A stretch of 63,936 nucleotides of DNA, the filler included, from Octopus bimaculoides (taxonomy: Eukaryota), in NCBI RefSeq assembly GCF_001194135.2. It is 6 parts of 5 records of this genome, joined end to end, with 100 filler letters (N's around TTAATTAATTAA, not from the genome) between each part and the next. Parts side by side here need not be neighbours in the genome. Positions count along the whole stretch, not along the records: positions 26,333 to 34,594 come from NC_069002.1; positions 34,695 to 55,100 come from NC_068992.1; 4 more parts are not named here. One strand, written 5' to 3'. Shown here piece after piece: positions 27,535 through 39,119 of this stretch. The translations under genes were made by a program, and so were the position numbers. Below the pieces are notes generated by a model, which worked only from the letters and a program-made list of their open reading frames with translations, made no database searches and was not told the DNA's origin. Every line of letters starts with the position of its first letter. Within the stretch, counting starts at the first letter, position 1.

Positions 27535-27752
27535 TATATATATATTTCCATACCTGCCATCCTTGAAGAGCACATGCATTAACTACAGCATTAGAGCATT
27601 TTAGCTCTTATTTCTAACAATGTAGGTGTCTCAACGCCCTAGTTATATATATATTTCCATACCTGTCATCCCTGAAGAGTACATGTATTAGATAACCTTA
27701 TAACCGTCCTGTTATCTAACATCCAGTGCGAAGCCGGTAAAATCGGCTGTAA
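27535..27752 (+). mobile_element. Possible non-autonomous Helitron-like fragment with a 47-bp direct repeat
   Basis: Direct repeat 27535-27581 / 27644-27690; 3' motif ccagtgcgaagccggtaaaatcggctgta resembles Helitron subterminal hairpin ends (ccgtgcgaagccggg...ctagt) but lacks an intact CTAG. Confidence 0.3.
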
Positions 27753-27839
27753 TGGATTTATAATACTTTAAATTTTGTTTAACATACATATGATATATAT
27801 TTATGTATGTTAATATGTATATATGCGAGTATGTATTTA

Positions 27840-27895
27840 AATTTATATAACTATATATTTAAATGTATGTTTGCATAAATATATATATGTACGTA

Positions 27896-27931
<36 letters not shown>

Positions 27932-28126
27932 GATATATATATACATATACATATATTTATATATATATGTATAGATATATATGCATATACATACATATAT
28001 GTACGTATATATATTACGTGTATGTATGTATATATATATATATATATATACATATATATATACATATCTATATACATATATATATATACATATCTATATA
28101 TACATATATATATACATATATATACG

Positions 28127-28160
<34 letters not shown>
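27840..28160. repeat. Degenerate (TA)/(TACA) microsatellite field
   Basis: Directly visible. Confidence 0.95.
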
Positions 28161-28879
28161 NNNNNNNNNNNNNNNNNNNNNNNNNNNNNNNNNNNNNNNN
28201 NNNNNNNNNNNNNNNNNNNNNNNNNNNNNNNNNNNNNNNNNNNNNNNNNNNNNNNNNNNNNNNNNNNNNNNNNNNNNNNNNNNNNNNNNNNNNNNNNNNN
28301 NNNNNNNNNNNNNNNNNNNNNNTATATACAGGAAGAGAGAGAGACTAGATGTTATCCAGACAGTTTTGTCAACAACAACTTATTAATTCCCTCCGGTTCT
28401 AAAAATCTGAATAGGTATTAATTAAATAAAGGATGATACTTCACATGAAATATATTATTATAAAATGAAATTCGTGAAAATATTTACAGCACATGTTATT
28501 GATAACATCCTGTTTAGCATGTTATAAACCAAAGTAAAAATCTATCATGCAACCAACAAAGTTAGATCAAAGATATATCATAGTGTTGGATCACTAATAC
28601 ATTTTAAATTATGAATATTAAATTGATGCGCATAACATTAGGTATAGATTAGTAGTACATTATAAACAGGTTTTGGAGGAATATAATATATAGTATGCAC
28701 GAAAAGAGGCTAAAGTTAACCCAAGACTTACTTCTGAGTAATATCCATATGCCCTCACTCACCGATGTTTGAAGTGACAAATGATTTCTTGGTAAGAAGT
28801 ACTTTGTTTTAATAAAATGAGAAATTTTTTGAAAATCGTATCCTTGTCTATGATGATAAATACTGGTAAATGACCGAAA

Positions 28880-29115
28880 GAGTACGATCATGAATACAAG
28901 CGGCGGAAATGGGGCTTCTCTGAATGATTTCTAGTGTAACGTTACTCGTTAAGATACTTAGCTCGGATTCCAGGGATTATATTGAGAGGTCAGTTTTGGT
29001 ACTACAGACACGTGATTAGAACAGGAAAGAATCGCAAGAGGGATTCTTCGAGCCCAGCCAAGCGGTAGAGATCTAAGATAGACCGTGAACGAAATGGTTG
29101 GATAATATCCATAAT
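28880..29115 (+). mobile_element. RTE-like LINE 3' fragment, decayed
   Basis: YYRHVIRTG... followed by aaatggttggataatatc (KWLDNI), resembling the RTE C-terminus (FGHV.R...GRP...WLDNI). Confidence 0.45.
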
Positions 29116-29419
29116 CTCAGTTAGTCGCGTTTGGGAATCCAACCGGAAATTTTAATGGTGACTACTTCTGATAGGACGCCATAAAGGAGATTCTTCAGGA
29201 CTCTAACCCCCACAACCCTCCCATGAATAGTGGGCGGAGAAAATAGATGGTTGGTATCAATGTTCCTTGTTTTACCAAATATATTAGCGTTATGATTGTA
29301 GTGGAACATCTTCAATGAAAAAATTTAAGCTGATTGTCGTTTCCTTTTCCTTATAATCACTTATATAGCGCGGGATACTTTAAATACCTCTCGCTATAAA
29401 TGTAAAATAAACACAAATT

Positions 29420-29610
29420 TGATGAGAGAAGGTTAATCAGTTAATCGATTAACAGATCCAGTAGTTGACTGATACTGCATTTTACTGGTCAAAATAAAAA
29501 GAATGAAGACGGAGTTGACATCGGAAGAATTTGAATTCAGAATGTAAAGCGCTGGCATAAATAAGCCAAGTTATTTTCGTCTGCTGCTCTAACGATTTTG
29601 CCACTCACAA
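29420..29610 (-). mobile_element. SINE family A, decayed
   Basis: Reverse complement matches head (ggcaaaatcgttagagcag...ttctgaattcaaattc) and body of family A. Confidence 0.7.
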
Positions 29611-30777
29611 TCCTTGTTATTAATATTTCCTTTTAAATAAATAATCATATTTTTTTATTTGAATATGGTGTTTAATAACTTTTAACAAATGGAAACTGAA
29701 AACGGAAGAAAATAATCAGTCTCTGCATGTGATTCTCAATACGTTTAGTCCTACATTACATCCAATGTTATTTCTATTTTAATAATGATTCTTTATCAGT
29801 ACCGGAACAAGAGTATAAGAGATTTTCAATATTTTAGAGTAATTATTTTTGATAATCGTTTGGTGTCGCTAGTTTAGAAGAGGAAATGAGGAAAAGAGAT
29901 TCATAAACATTAATGGTATTCATACAAAAGAGAAAAAATAAACATTTTCTATGTGAGGAAATAAGTTGAGGAATTTAGTTAAATTCAAATTCTATTAATG
30001 ATTTTATGATAGTGAATCGTTGCTTAAACTGGGTTGAATCTCTCCTGTGCATATAGGTATAGACATAAGGAAAATTCTGACCCCTGAGGGGCCTAGATTA
30101 ACGAATACATCCAAATGGGCAATAGGTATTAAGACCCTATTCTCAAGAGTTGTCATTAACGTTAGCGAAGTTTTCCTTCATTCTGGGCATAATTACATTT
30201 CACTATATTTGCCATATTCCTTGACTATTCTGTACTTGCAAGAGGAGCCAATCGACAAATCTTCCAGGTACATCATTTTTATTGGACATTCAATGAATAA
30301 TATGCACCAGAATGTGAACGTTATTCTGAGGTCTGAGTATCTATGTATTAAACTATGTTCCAAAGCAGGCTTTCTTGAGCATTTTTCCTAGCGCACTTGT
30401 TCCCCATGTCCGGCAGTATGGGCGTACCTTTTCTGAAAAATATAATGTAAAATGAATGGCTTGCATAAAACAATGTATTAAGTGTTACAAGTTATATTTG
30501 GAAATCAAGACTTTCAACCAATATATTTGACGATATTTTTAATAAATAGTACTTTGTAATTCTGATGGTATACCACTGAATGTAGTTGCTAGTGATTAAT
30601 TAAAATCTCTATTATATTTTTCAAATTTCGTGTACCCGTTATTTCTCTGGCGTACATGAGAACGTTTGTAGTATACTTCCATTGTTAAAGAACTCGTTGT
30701 ACTGTCTAGACAGTTTTGTGTAGTCAATCATTTAATCAAACAATTGCATAGGCATCGTTGCAACCGACGGATATATG

Positions 30778-30814
<37 letters not shown>

Positions 30815-30998
30815 CTAATTAAAAGGGCGGCTTATTAGCAATTAGAACCTAAAGGCAAAAGTAATAGAGGTCACAAAAGTAAAGGAGTTCTTTGGTGGCT
30901 TTAGGGTTAATTTAACTATTATTTTAGCATAAACAGTGTTGGCCAACACCCTCTGTCACCTTTGTCACTTTTTCCTATATATGTATATATACACCCCC

Positions 30999-31376
30999 AC
31001 CGTATCTCTCCTTTAGAGAGATTTAGAGATAATATTATTTCTATTTTGGAAAATCAGTCAATGTGTTCCACTGAATATATATAAATAAACCTTCGAACAG
31101 ACGGTCAACAACGATGCCTGCTGGGTTTAGCTACTCCACATTAAGGAGCAAATACCCCGAAACCGGTCTGTGGCTGCTGAACCAGCAAGGGGAAGCTGAT
31201 GGCCTCCCCTGTTCGAAGGTGTTATGGACACAGATTTGTGTGTCACATAGCTAGCTAGAGGCGATGGCCTCTTAGAGCTAATTAACGGCTGCATCATCCT
31301 ATATCTCTGGACTGCCACGTTAGCTTGGCGATAAATATTAATACCTAGTACTACTACCGTATCTCTCCTTTAGAGA
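30999..31376 (+). mobile_element. Structured repeat unit, probable Penelope-like pseudo-LTR, bounded by 21-bp direct repeats
   Basis: accgtatctctcctttagaga at 30999-31019 and 31356-31376; perfect 12-bp inverted repeat 31089-31100/31209-31220; ccccgaaaccggtc motif of the kind found in PLE LTR hammerheads. Confidence 0.45.
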
Positions 31377-31384
31377 AATTTGGA

Positions 31385-31469
<85 letters not shown>
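31385..31469 (+). repeat. (AAT)n microsatellite
   Basis: Directly visible. Confidence 0.98.
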
Positions 31470-31716
31470 TGCCAACACTATGGAATAACAACAGAAAAAA
31501 GATGGTATAAACACACGCCAGAAAAGGTCACAGAAAACGAGAAAGCAACCATACTCTGGGATATGCCAATACACACAGATAGAGAAATTAAGGCAAATAG
31601 ACCAGATATAGTTGTCAAAAATCATGAAGAAGAAAAATGATTTCTAATTGATGTATCAATACCAGCAGATGACAACGTTTCCCTAAACGAAATGGAAAAA
31701 CTTTCAAAATATAAAG
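31470..31716 (+). mobile_element. 5'-truncated R4/Dong-like element, RLE region
   Basis: CQHYGITTEKRWYKHTPEKVTENEKATILWDMPIHTDREIKANRPDIVVKNHEEEK*FLIDVSIPADDNVSLNEMEKLSKYK: RPD...ID...EK..KY pattern of restriction-like endonucleases; runs into a gap. Confidence 0.9.
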
Positions 31717-32687
31717 NNNNNNNNNNNNNNNNNNNNNNNNNNNNNNNNNNNNNNNNNNNNNNNNNNNNNNNNNNNNNNNNNNNNNNNNNNNNNNNNNNNN
31801 NNNNNNNNNNNNNNNNNNNNNNNNNNNNNNNNNNNNNNNNNNNNNNNNNNNNNNNNNNNNNNNNNNNNNNNNNNNNNNNNNNNNNNNNNNNNNNNNNNNN
31901 NNNNNNNNNNNNNNNNNNNNNNNNNNNNNNNNNNNNNNNNNNNNNNNNNNNNNNNNNNNNNNNNNNNNNNNNNNNNNNNNNNNNNNNNNNNNNNNNNNNN
32001 NNNNNNNNNNNNNNNNNNNNNNNNNNNNNNNNNNNNNNNNNNNNNNNNNNNNNNNNNNNNNNNNNNNNNNNNNNNNNNNNNNNNNNNNNNNNNNNNNNNN
32101 NNNNNNNNNNNNNNNNNNNNNNNNNNNNNNNNNNNNNNNNNNNNNNNNNNNNNNNNNNNNNNNNNNNNNNNNNNNNNNNNNNNNNNNNNNNNNNNNNNNN
32201 NNNNNNNNNNNNNNNNNNNNNNNNNNNNNNNNNNNNNNNNNNNNNNNNNNNNNNNNNNNNNNNNNNNNNNNNNNNNNNNNNNNNNNNNNNNNNNNNNNNN
32301 NNNNNNNNNNNNNNNNNNNNNNNNNNNNNNNNNNNNNNNNNNNNNNNNNNNNNNNNNNNNNNNNNNNNNNNNNNNNNNNNNNNNNNNNNNNNNNNNNNNN
32401 NNNNNNNNNNNNNNNNNNNNNNNNNNNNNNNNNNNNNNNNNNNNNNNNNNNNNNNNNNNNNNNNNNNNNNNNNNNNNNNNNNNNNNNNNNNNNNNNNNNN
32501 NNNNNNNNNNNNNNNNNNNNNNNNNNNNNNNNNNNNNNNNNNNNNNNNNNNNNNNNNNNNNNNNNNNNNNNNNNNNNNNNNNNNNNNNNNNNNNNNNNNN
32601 NNNNNNNNNNNNNNNNNNNNNNNNNNNNNNNNNNNNNNNNNNNNNNNNNNNNNNNNNNNNNNNNNNNNNNNNNNNNNNNNNNNNNNN

Positions 32688-32918
32688 TGAGGGAGAAAAT
32701 GTATCGATTCTCTGGGACTTCCCCGTACATACAGACAAGGCTATAAAAGCTGATAAACCGGATATTATCATAAAAGATCAGACAAAGAAGACGTGTTTAT
32801 TAATTGACATGAGTATTCCCTCCGATCATAATATAGCGGCGAAAGAATTTGACAAGATCAGTAAATATAAAGACTTGCTAATAGAAATTGAAAAAATGTG
32901 GCACCTCAAGGCGACTAC
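32688..32918 (+). mobile_element. R4/Dong-like element, RLE region (second, divergent copy)
   Basis: EGENVSILWDFPVHTDKAIKADKPDIIIKDQTKKTCLLIDMSIPSDHNIAAKEFDKISKYKDLLIEIEKMWHLKATT, open throughout. Confidence 0.9.
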
Positions 32919-33860
32919 CGACGCAGCTGCGTTTTGCGTCTGGTTTTAGGGAAGATTGAAAGGTTACCTGCAATTAAGGTCTCAGCCATAAACCAGCATG
33001 TCTTGGAATATTTACACTTACATCCCTGAAATAAATTTTCAGGATTTACCATATAAAATAATATTTGAAAAAATCGTGTTTGTTTTGTGGTTCAGTGTAT
33101 ATTCACACCTATATACTCAGACAGACGCATACTTATAAACATACATACATACATAAATACATACATACATACACGCAATATGAAAATATCAGTAATATAT
33201 GGAAAACATTATAAACAGACTACATTATCAAATCTTCAGAGATTGCATAACCTTGTTAGTAACCTTTAGCCTATATACTGGACAACAACAGCGTTATCGA
33301 ATCAATCATTGATTTTTCTTTTTTTTTGTTAATGAAGTACATGTAATATGACGTACCTAAGTAATCTACAAACTTATTCCGCTGTTTTCTCTTGCTTTTA
33401 ATATAAACTCTGTGATTATCTAAAAATGGAGTTCAATCAAGAGAAATTCGGACTATAATACGAGTCCTACGCGAAATTTTCTTTTTTGATATACTATAAT
33501 GCACATGGAATTCTAAATACTGATTAATTTTCATGTAATTTAGATCATACCGTATAAATATATGGATGTCTATGTGTGTGGTGGGAGGTGTGCAAATGTG
33601 CGCAAACGAAAGCACGGCGTACGAAAAGATTTCGCTGTATGCGACGGCGATGATAAATAAAAGGAATGTGCACGATATGCAGGACAATATATATANNNNN
33701 NNNNNNNNNNNNNNNNNNNNNNNNNNNNNNNNNNNNNNNNNNNNNNNNNNNNNNNNNNNNNNNNNNNNNNNNNNNNNNNNNNNNNNNNNNNNNNNTAATA
33801 TGCTAGACCACTGGTTTTAATTGATTAATATCAATTTCTACCCTTGTTAATAAATTTTAT

Positions 33861-34538
33861 ATAAATGAAATATATAAACAAACGACAAAACGTATACTGA
33901 ATGTAAAAACAAACGTGAGACAAACAGCAAGTTCATAATTCTTCATTAGTTATCGACCAACGGTACTTTTCAGTTTCGCACCTTTAACGATAAGACTGAA
34001 TGCCTCCAAAATAGCGTTGCCCGCAAAAAAAAAGTTTTCTGGCGTAAAATCACGGACAACAGCAAACAAAACGAGGGGAGGAAAAAGAGGAACTGGCCAC
34101 TGATCACGTGAGAGGGCAAGCAGTTCCTCAACCAGTTCCTGTTTTCCTTTCTTAGACTAGTCCCTTAGCTGACCAGTCGCAAATTCTGTCACTTCGTTCT
34201 CCTTCGTTCAAAACATTTTCTAAGCGTTACCCACTATTCTCGTCTTCTTGATTCCAAGGCCGTATTTTCTCAACTGTTTGTCCTCGTCCGCCGTCCTAAA
34301 TCACACTGTCATTTTGCTTGCTTTTTGTTTCATTTTGTTTGCTCTTGTCCATGAGTCGACGCAGGGAAACTTTTTTTGCGGGCAACGCCAGTTGGGAAGC
34401 ATTCAGTCTTATCGTTAAAGGTGCGAAACTGAAAAGTACCATTGGTCGCTAACTGATGAAGGAATATGGACCTTCTGTTTGTCTCCCGTTCGTTTTTGCA
34501 TACGTTATGTTGTCTGTTTTTATATATTTTTCATTTAT
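33861..34538. mobile_element. Foldback element with ~175-bp inverted arms
   Basis: Core arms 33954-34036 and 34367-34448 differ at ~6 of 83 positions; weaker complementarity extends out to 33861/34538. Confidence 0.85.
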
Positions 34539-34638
34539 CAAGCAATGAAAAGCAACACACACCGATTTTATATATATATATATATATATATATANNNNNN
34601 NNNNNNNNNNNNNNNNNNNNNNNNNNNNNNNNNNNNNN

Positions 34639-34650
34639 TTAATTAATTAA
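34639..34650. other. Assembly linker TTAATTAATTAA
   Basis: Flanked by 44 N on each side. Confidence 0.92.
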
Positions 34651-34694
34651 NNNNNNNNNNNNNNNNNNNNNNNNNNNNNNNNNNNNNNNNNNNN

Positions 34695-34725
<31 letters not shown>

Positions 34726-34733
34726 GTACATAC

Positions 34734-34763
<30 letters not shown>

Positions 34764-34764
<1 letters not shown>

Positions 34765-35272
34765 ATATAAAATTAGCACGAAGCTTTAAGGCTGCAGTGA
34801 GCATCAAACTATTCGGAAATCAGAGCTAAGGTTACATTTCAACCGCCATAATGCACCAAAATCATAGAAAATAACAGTAGGCGAGAAAACGGACAAAGAA
34901 TTAAAAAGCATACCTGTAAAGATTCGAATGATTTTTGTTCATAAATATTTTGCACCATGCGTTGCTGGTTTTCGGCGCTAAACAAGCCAGAGCACTAATG
35001 GATTTATAACGTAGCGGATTTGGAATTTCTTGCCATGTGACTCATACTGCTGAGGGTTAAGGATCGCGAGCCAACACCCGAAGCCATGGTATATGAGCAA
35101 GAGAACAGTATAATCTTTATAAGTATGATTTTCAATTCTTCGTCCGTTTCCTCACATACTGTTATTTTCTATGATTTTGGTGCATTATGGCGGTTGAATT
35201 GAGACCTTAGCTCTCATTTCTAAATAAGGTGATGCTCACTGCATCCTTAAAGTTTCGTGCTAATTTTATATT
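34764..35272. mobile_element. MITE/foldback element with ~160-bp terminal inverted repeats
   Basis: aatataaaattagcacgaagctttaaggctgcagtgagcatc...caaccgccataatgcaccaaaatcatagaaaataacagta is mirrored at 35112-35272. Confidence 0.85.
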
Positions 35273-36009
35273 TTATATTTATAGCTTATAATCCTAATAA
35301 ACCTGTGAACCGCCTATGTTACTGATGTTAATATTATCAATTTAATATTTGCTATAGATAGTAGTAACAATAGTAACATAGTATTTCGAATGTAAACATT
35401 CGAATGTTTTTTGCTTATAAATATATATAATACGAATGTATAACAGGTTATAAAACTGTCTTCGTAGCTGTCGCTCATATTTCATTTTCTAAATTTGTAA
35501 TGAACACTGTATCCGGAGAATGATAAACATAATGAATTATCTGTATATCAATCTTTAACATAATATTTATACTTGTTTATCAGCAAGTTTATCATATGAT
35601 AAAGGAATAATGATATTCGTACGAGTTCTGCCAACATCTTCAGTCTGCTGTCAAGTGGTTCCGATTAGTAAGGTCTGCGAAGTTTCTTGGAATGTCATGT
35701 GATCAATTTTATACGAGAAAAATCAGTTTTATGAAGCTAAAATTTTATTTAAATATATTATACTTCATAGATTTTTAAAATAAAAATGTAAATACACAAT
35801 GAATCACATCCCTGTTATAATTTTTCAGTTGAAACTTAAACAAGTATTTTCTTAAGCGTTTAAAATCTGTTTATTATTTTGTATTTTAAACAATGGATTG
35901 TCAGATAAATTCGTCCGTGTCTTCTTTTCTTTTGTATATTTCAAATGTTAACCCTTATTTTTCATCAACATTTTAAACAAATCTCCCAATAATATATTCT
36001 CTTTCATTA

Positions 36010-36200
36010 GAGCGGCGAGATGGTAGATTTGTTTGTTCACCGCGCTTAACGTTATTTCCTCCATCTTTACATTTTGAGTTCAAATGCAGCCATTGTCGAC
36101 ATTGCATATTATACTTTCAAGGTGGTATTAAAATAAGTACTCAGCAAGTACTGGAGTCGATGTACACGGCTTGCTTTCTTCCCAGAAACTGCAGGCCTGT
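36010..36200 (+). mobile_element. SINE family A, decayed
   Basis: gcggcgagatggtaga...ttttgagttcaaat...gtcgac...aaaataagtac...ggagtcgatgta. Confidence 0.65.
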
Positions 36201-36204
36201 TTTG

Positions 36205-36340
36205 AGACCAATATATTCTCCTTCATTGTTCACAACTTCTTCCAACCATCATCTAGCATTTCAGTCTCTTGCATCGTAGAAATCATCGGGCCTTGCTTCA
36301 AACGAGACGAACGAGTTTGTTCGACAACACAAGAGAAGCT
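36205..36340 (-). mobile_element. mariner transposase C-terminal remnant
   Basis: Minus strand FEARPDDFY...WLEEVVNNEGEYI resembles the mariner end (FF.SKP.DFY..GI..L.ERW..VV.N.G.YI). Confidence 0.55.
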
Positions 36341-36767
36341 ACTTTAATGTTTTCTTTAAATTTGATTTTCTTAAATGAAAAGAGTAAATAAAGAAATAAT
36401 AGTTTAAACTCCAGATTTGAAGTAAGTATTTTGTTACATCGTTCCAGGGGAAAATAAAAATAAATACTAATCCAGGCCAGGGGATTTGTACACGTGTAAG
36501 AACCTCTGAACGGTTGCCTTGTTTTATTTATTCCGGTTCTTTGCATTCTTCGTTCATATGATGCCATGGAATTCTTAGGTGGTTTACTTCATCTATCACT
36601 TGTTTTAACTCCACCATGCAACTACTTAGTACGTTTAACAGATTCCAGACTTCTCCAGTTACTGAATACCTTCCTCTCTTCAATTAACATTGGAGAATCT
36701 CTGTAATGTCCTTAGCATTGCTTTCTGTCCCGACTAAAATATAGAGATATACAAAATTCACCTAATA

Positions 36768-36980
36768 TTGGTTTCAAATTTTGGTACAGGGCCAGCAATT
36801 TTAGGGGAGTGGGATAGTCGATAACATCGACCGCAGTGTTCAACTTGTACTTATTGAAACGACTCAGAATTGATGAAAATCAAAGTGGATGTGAGTAGCA
36901 TTTGAACGCAAAATGTGAAGACAGACAAAATGCTTAGCAGCATTTTGTCCGGCGTTCTAACGATTCTGCCAGCTCACTGC
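36768..36980 (-). mobile_element. SINE family A
   Basis: Reverse complement: ggcagtgagctggcagaatcgttagaacgccggacaaaatgc...ttgctggccctgtaccaaaatttgaaacc. Confidence 0.8.
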
Positions 36981-37614
36981 CGAATATTAAATCCGTTACT
37001 GTTGATGTAAATATTTTTTAGTGCCCGCGACGAATTATTTTTTACGTAGGGAAAACGGGCCCGAAATTTAGGGGCGTATATATAGACCCTCTTAATTGAC
37101 TAGTGTGGTCACCATAGAGTTTTGACAGTGTTCTCAAACCTGGATTCTAGAAATATTAGTAAAAAAAAAATTAAGCAGCGCAAATGAATTAACGTGTACA
37201 ATATGTTATGTGTAAATAACAAGGGATTTTGAAGAATCAGAGATTAAGAAATTATGAAGCTAAGTTGAATTGCTAGTAGAAAAGGAATATTCTAAGGTGA
37301 CGCAACTCCAATCATTTTATGTGTGTCATTAAAAGATTAATAAACATGCTAATATAAAGATAATGTAAATAAAGAGAATTTCGAATGGCACCCATCTTTG
37401 ATTACCATAAAAGGTAATCACAAATTGTACAATATTGATAAAAACTATATAGAACCAATAGCAGAAGTGATGTTAAATTAAGAGTATAATATGCACTATG
37501 GAAGTCTTAAGATTGAGAATTTAATAAGAAAAACATAAAATTATGCTGTTTTTGTTGTGTACTGGGAGGGCCAATGTATCAATAATAAACAGAGGAAGTG
37601 GTTATATTTCTGCT

Positions 37615-37822
37615 ATGGACACAAGACCCGGAATTTTGGAAGAGAGAGAGCACTTTGATTTCATGAACCCCTGTGCTCGAGTGGTACTTATTTCATCGGC
37701 CCTTAAAGGAAAAGGTAAAAAGTCGATCTAAGTGGAATTTGAAACTTAGAACGTAAAGACGGACGAAACGACATTGAAGCGCATTATCCGCGTTGTTAAT
37801 GACTTTGGTAGTTTGACGCCTT
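37615..37822 (-). mobile_element. SINE family A, decayed
   Basis: Reverse complement has tcgtccgtctttacgttctaagtttcaaattcc...tcgactttt...aaataagtaccactcgagcacagggg. Confidence 0.75.
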
Positions 37823-37879
37823 AATAAACACAAAATAATAATAATAATAAAAGATACTAATATATAGAATTATAAGGCA

Positions 37880-38460
37880 TAAAGGAAAGAGAAATAGATA
37901 TGTTGTGTCTTCCTTGAAGCCATTAATTACCAACGAGAAACCGAAGCTAGAAACAGTTACGAAAAGAAAGACAATGCAACAACAATTGTAAAAACCTATA
38001 AAACAAAATATTCATCAAGATTTTGAAGCTACAGAATGTTACGCTACCTGGTTGAAAATGAAATTTACAACATGCCTAATATCTGACTAGAGTAAAGAAA
38101 ATATAATTGAGAGAAACATTGTCTTAAAACTGGTTAGGAAGCATCCGATTGATATTTAAGGCATAAGAAATTTTGATTGAAAAGCAGGAGCGAATGTTTT
38201 CCATTTGAAACTACCGAAAATAAACATTGATGTGAAATACAATAATTTATTGGAGACTATGTGGAAGCTGGAAAGAGTTAACCGCATTTTGTCTCGTTGG
38301 CCAAAGTTAATCAAGATAGAATACATATATAGCCAGAGCAGTTTGAAGATTCAATAAAATGGACATTATGGCAGCATTATGAAATGCATGGAGCAAAAAT
38401 ATGGTACAGCTGTAAAGCAGCAAAAAGATATTACACTGGGAGATCCCAGACAGTATTTCG
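37880..38460 (+). mobile_element. Decayed R4/Dong-like fragment (zinc-knuckle region)
   Basis: ...WLGSIRL..., RLCGSW..VNRILSRWPKLIKIEY (cf. CRLC...TV.HI.SGCP.LA..EY); starts shortly after (AAT)n at 37834-37850. Confidence 0.55.
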
Positions 38461-39083
38461 AAAGGGTGAAAAGAAATATCATTTAATACGTGTATTAATT
38501 AAAACAAATTGCAGTATTGCTGTATCTGTTCTGTTCAGTTTTTGATCAAAGGAATTTCCTGCTCATTTACGTAACGTGTAAGCGCTTGAGCATTCTAGAG
38601 ACAAGTCTACTCTTAACGTAATTCTCTTGCTGAGCCCTTTTCAAAAGGGCTGAGTAAAATCCATTTAAAAAGGCTCAGTAAAAGCCATGTAAAAGCCATT
38701 GAGTGGTTGTGTATAAAGTTATCTTTAACCCACTTTTAATCACAAGGTATGGGCCTATCTGAAACTATAGAGCATGACGTTTTCCCGAGAACTTGTGTTC
38801 GCAAAGCAAACCGTTCAATTACTTCGCTTTTAATGCGTCTGTGGGCGACAGTAAATCTCTCTAATGAAAAAACAAGAGAAGAAGAAAGAAACTATACAGG
38901 TGAAGTGACCTGTAAATAAAGATAAATAGCACATATAGATTTGGGAAAGAAAATAGGGGTACCTTCATAACTGATGCCTTGGAAAATCTTTTAAAACATT
39001 GCGGACAAATATGTAATCTTAACGGCAGAACTTAGAAATATACACGGAAAATAACAATTTGACATTGTAGCTAATGTGACATA

Positions 39084-39119
39084 GGCGTAGAAATGGCTGT
39101 GTGGTAGGTAACTTGCTTA
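39084..39119 (+). mobile_element. SINE family B head, 5' part (interrupted by an insertion)
   Basis: ggcgtagaaatggctgtgtggtaggtaacttgctta aligns to the first ~35 nt of family B; the rest resumes at 41041. Confidence 0.75.

Noticed and set aside
30047-30430. 114-aa ORF with a partly open antisense frame
   Set aside because: No motif recognised; cannot be assigned without a search; likely a TE remnant or chance.
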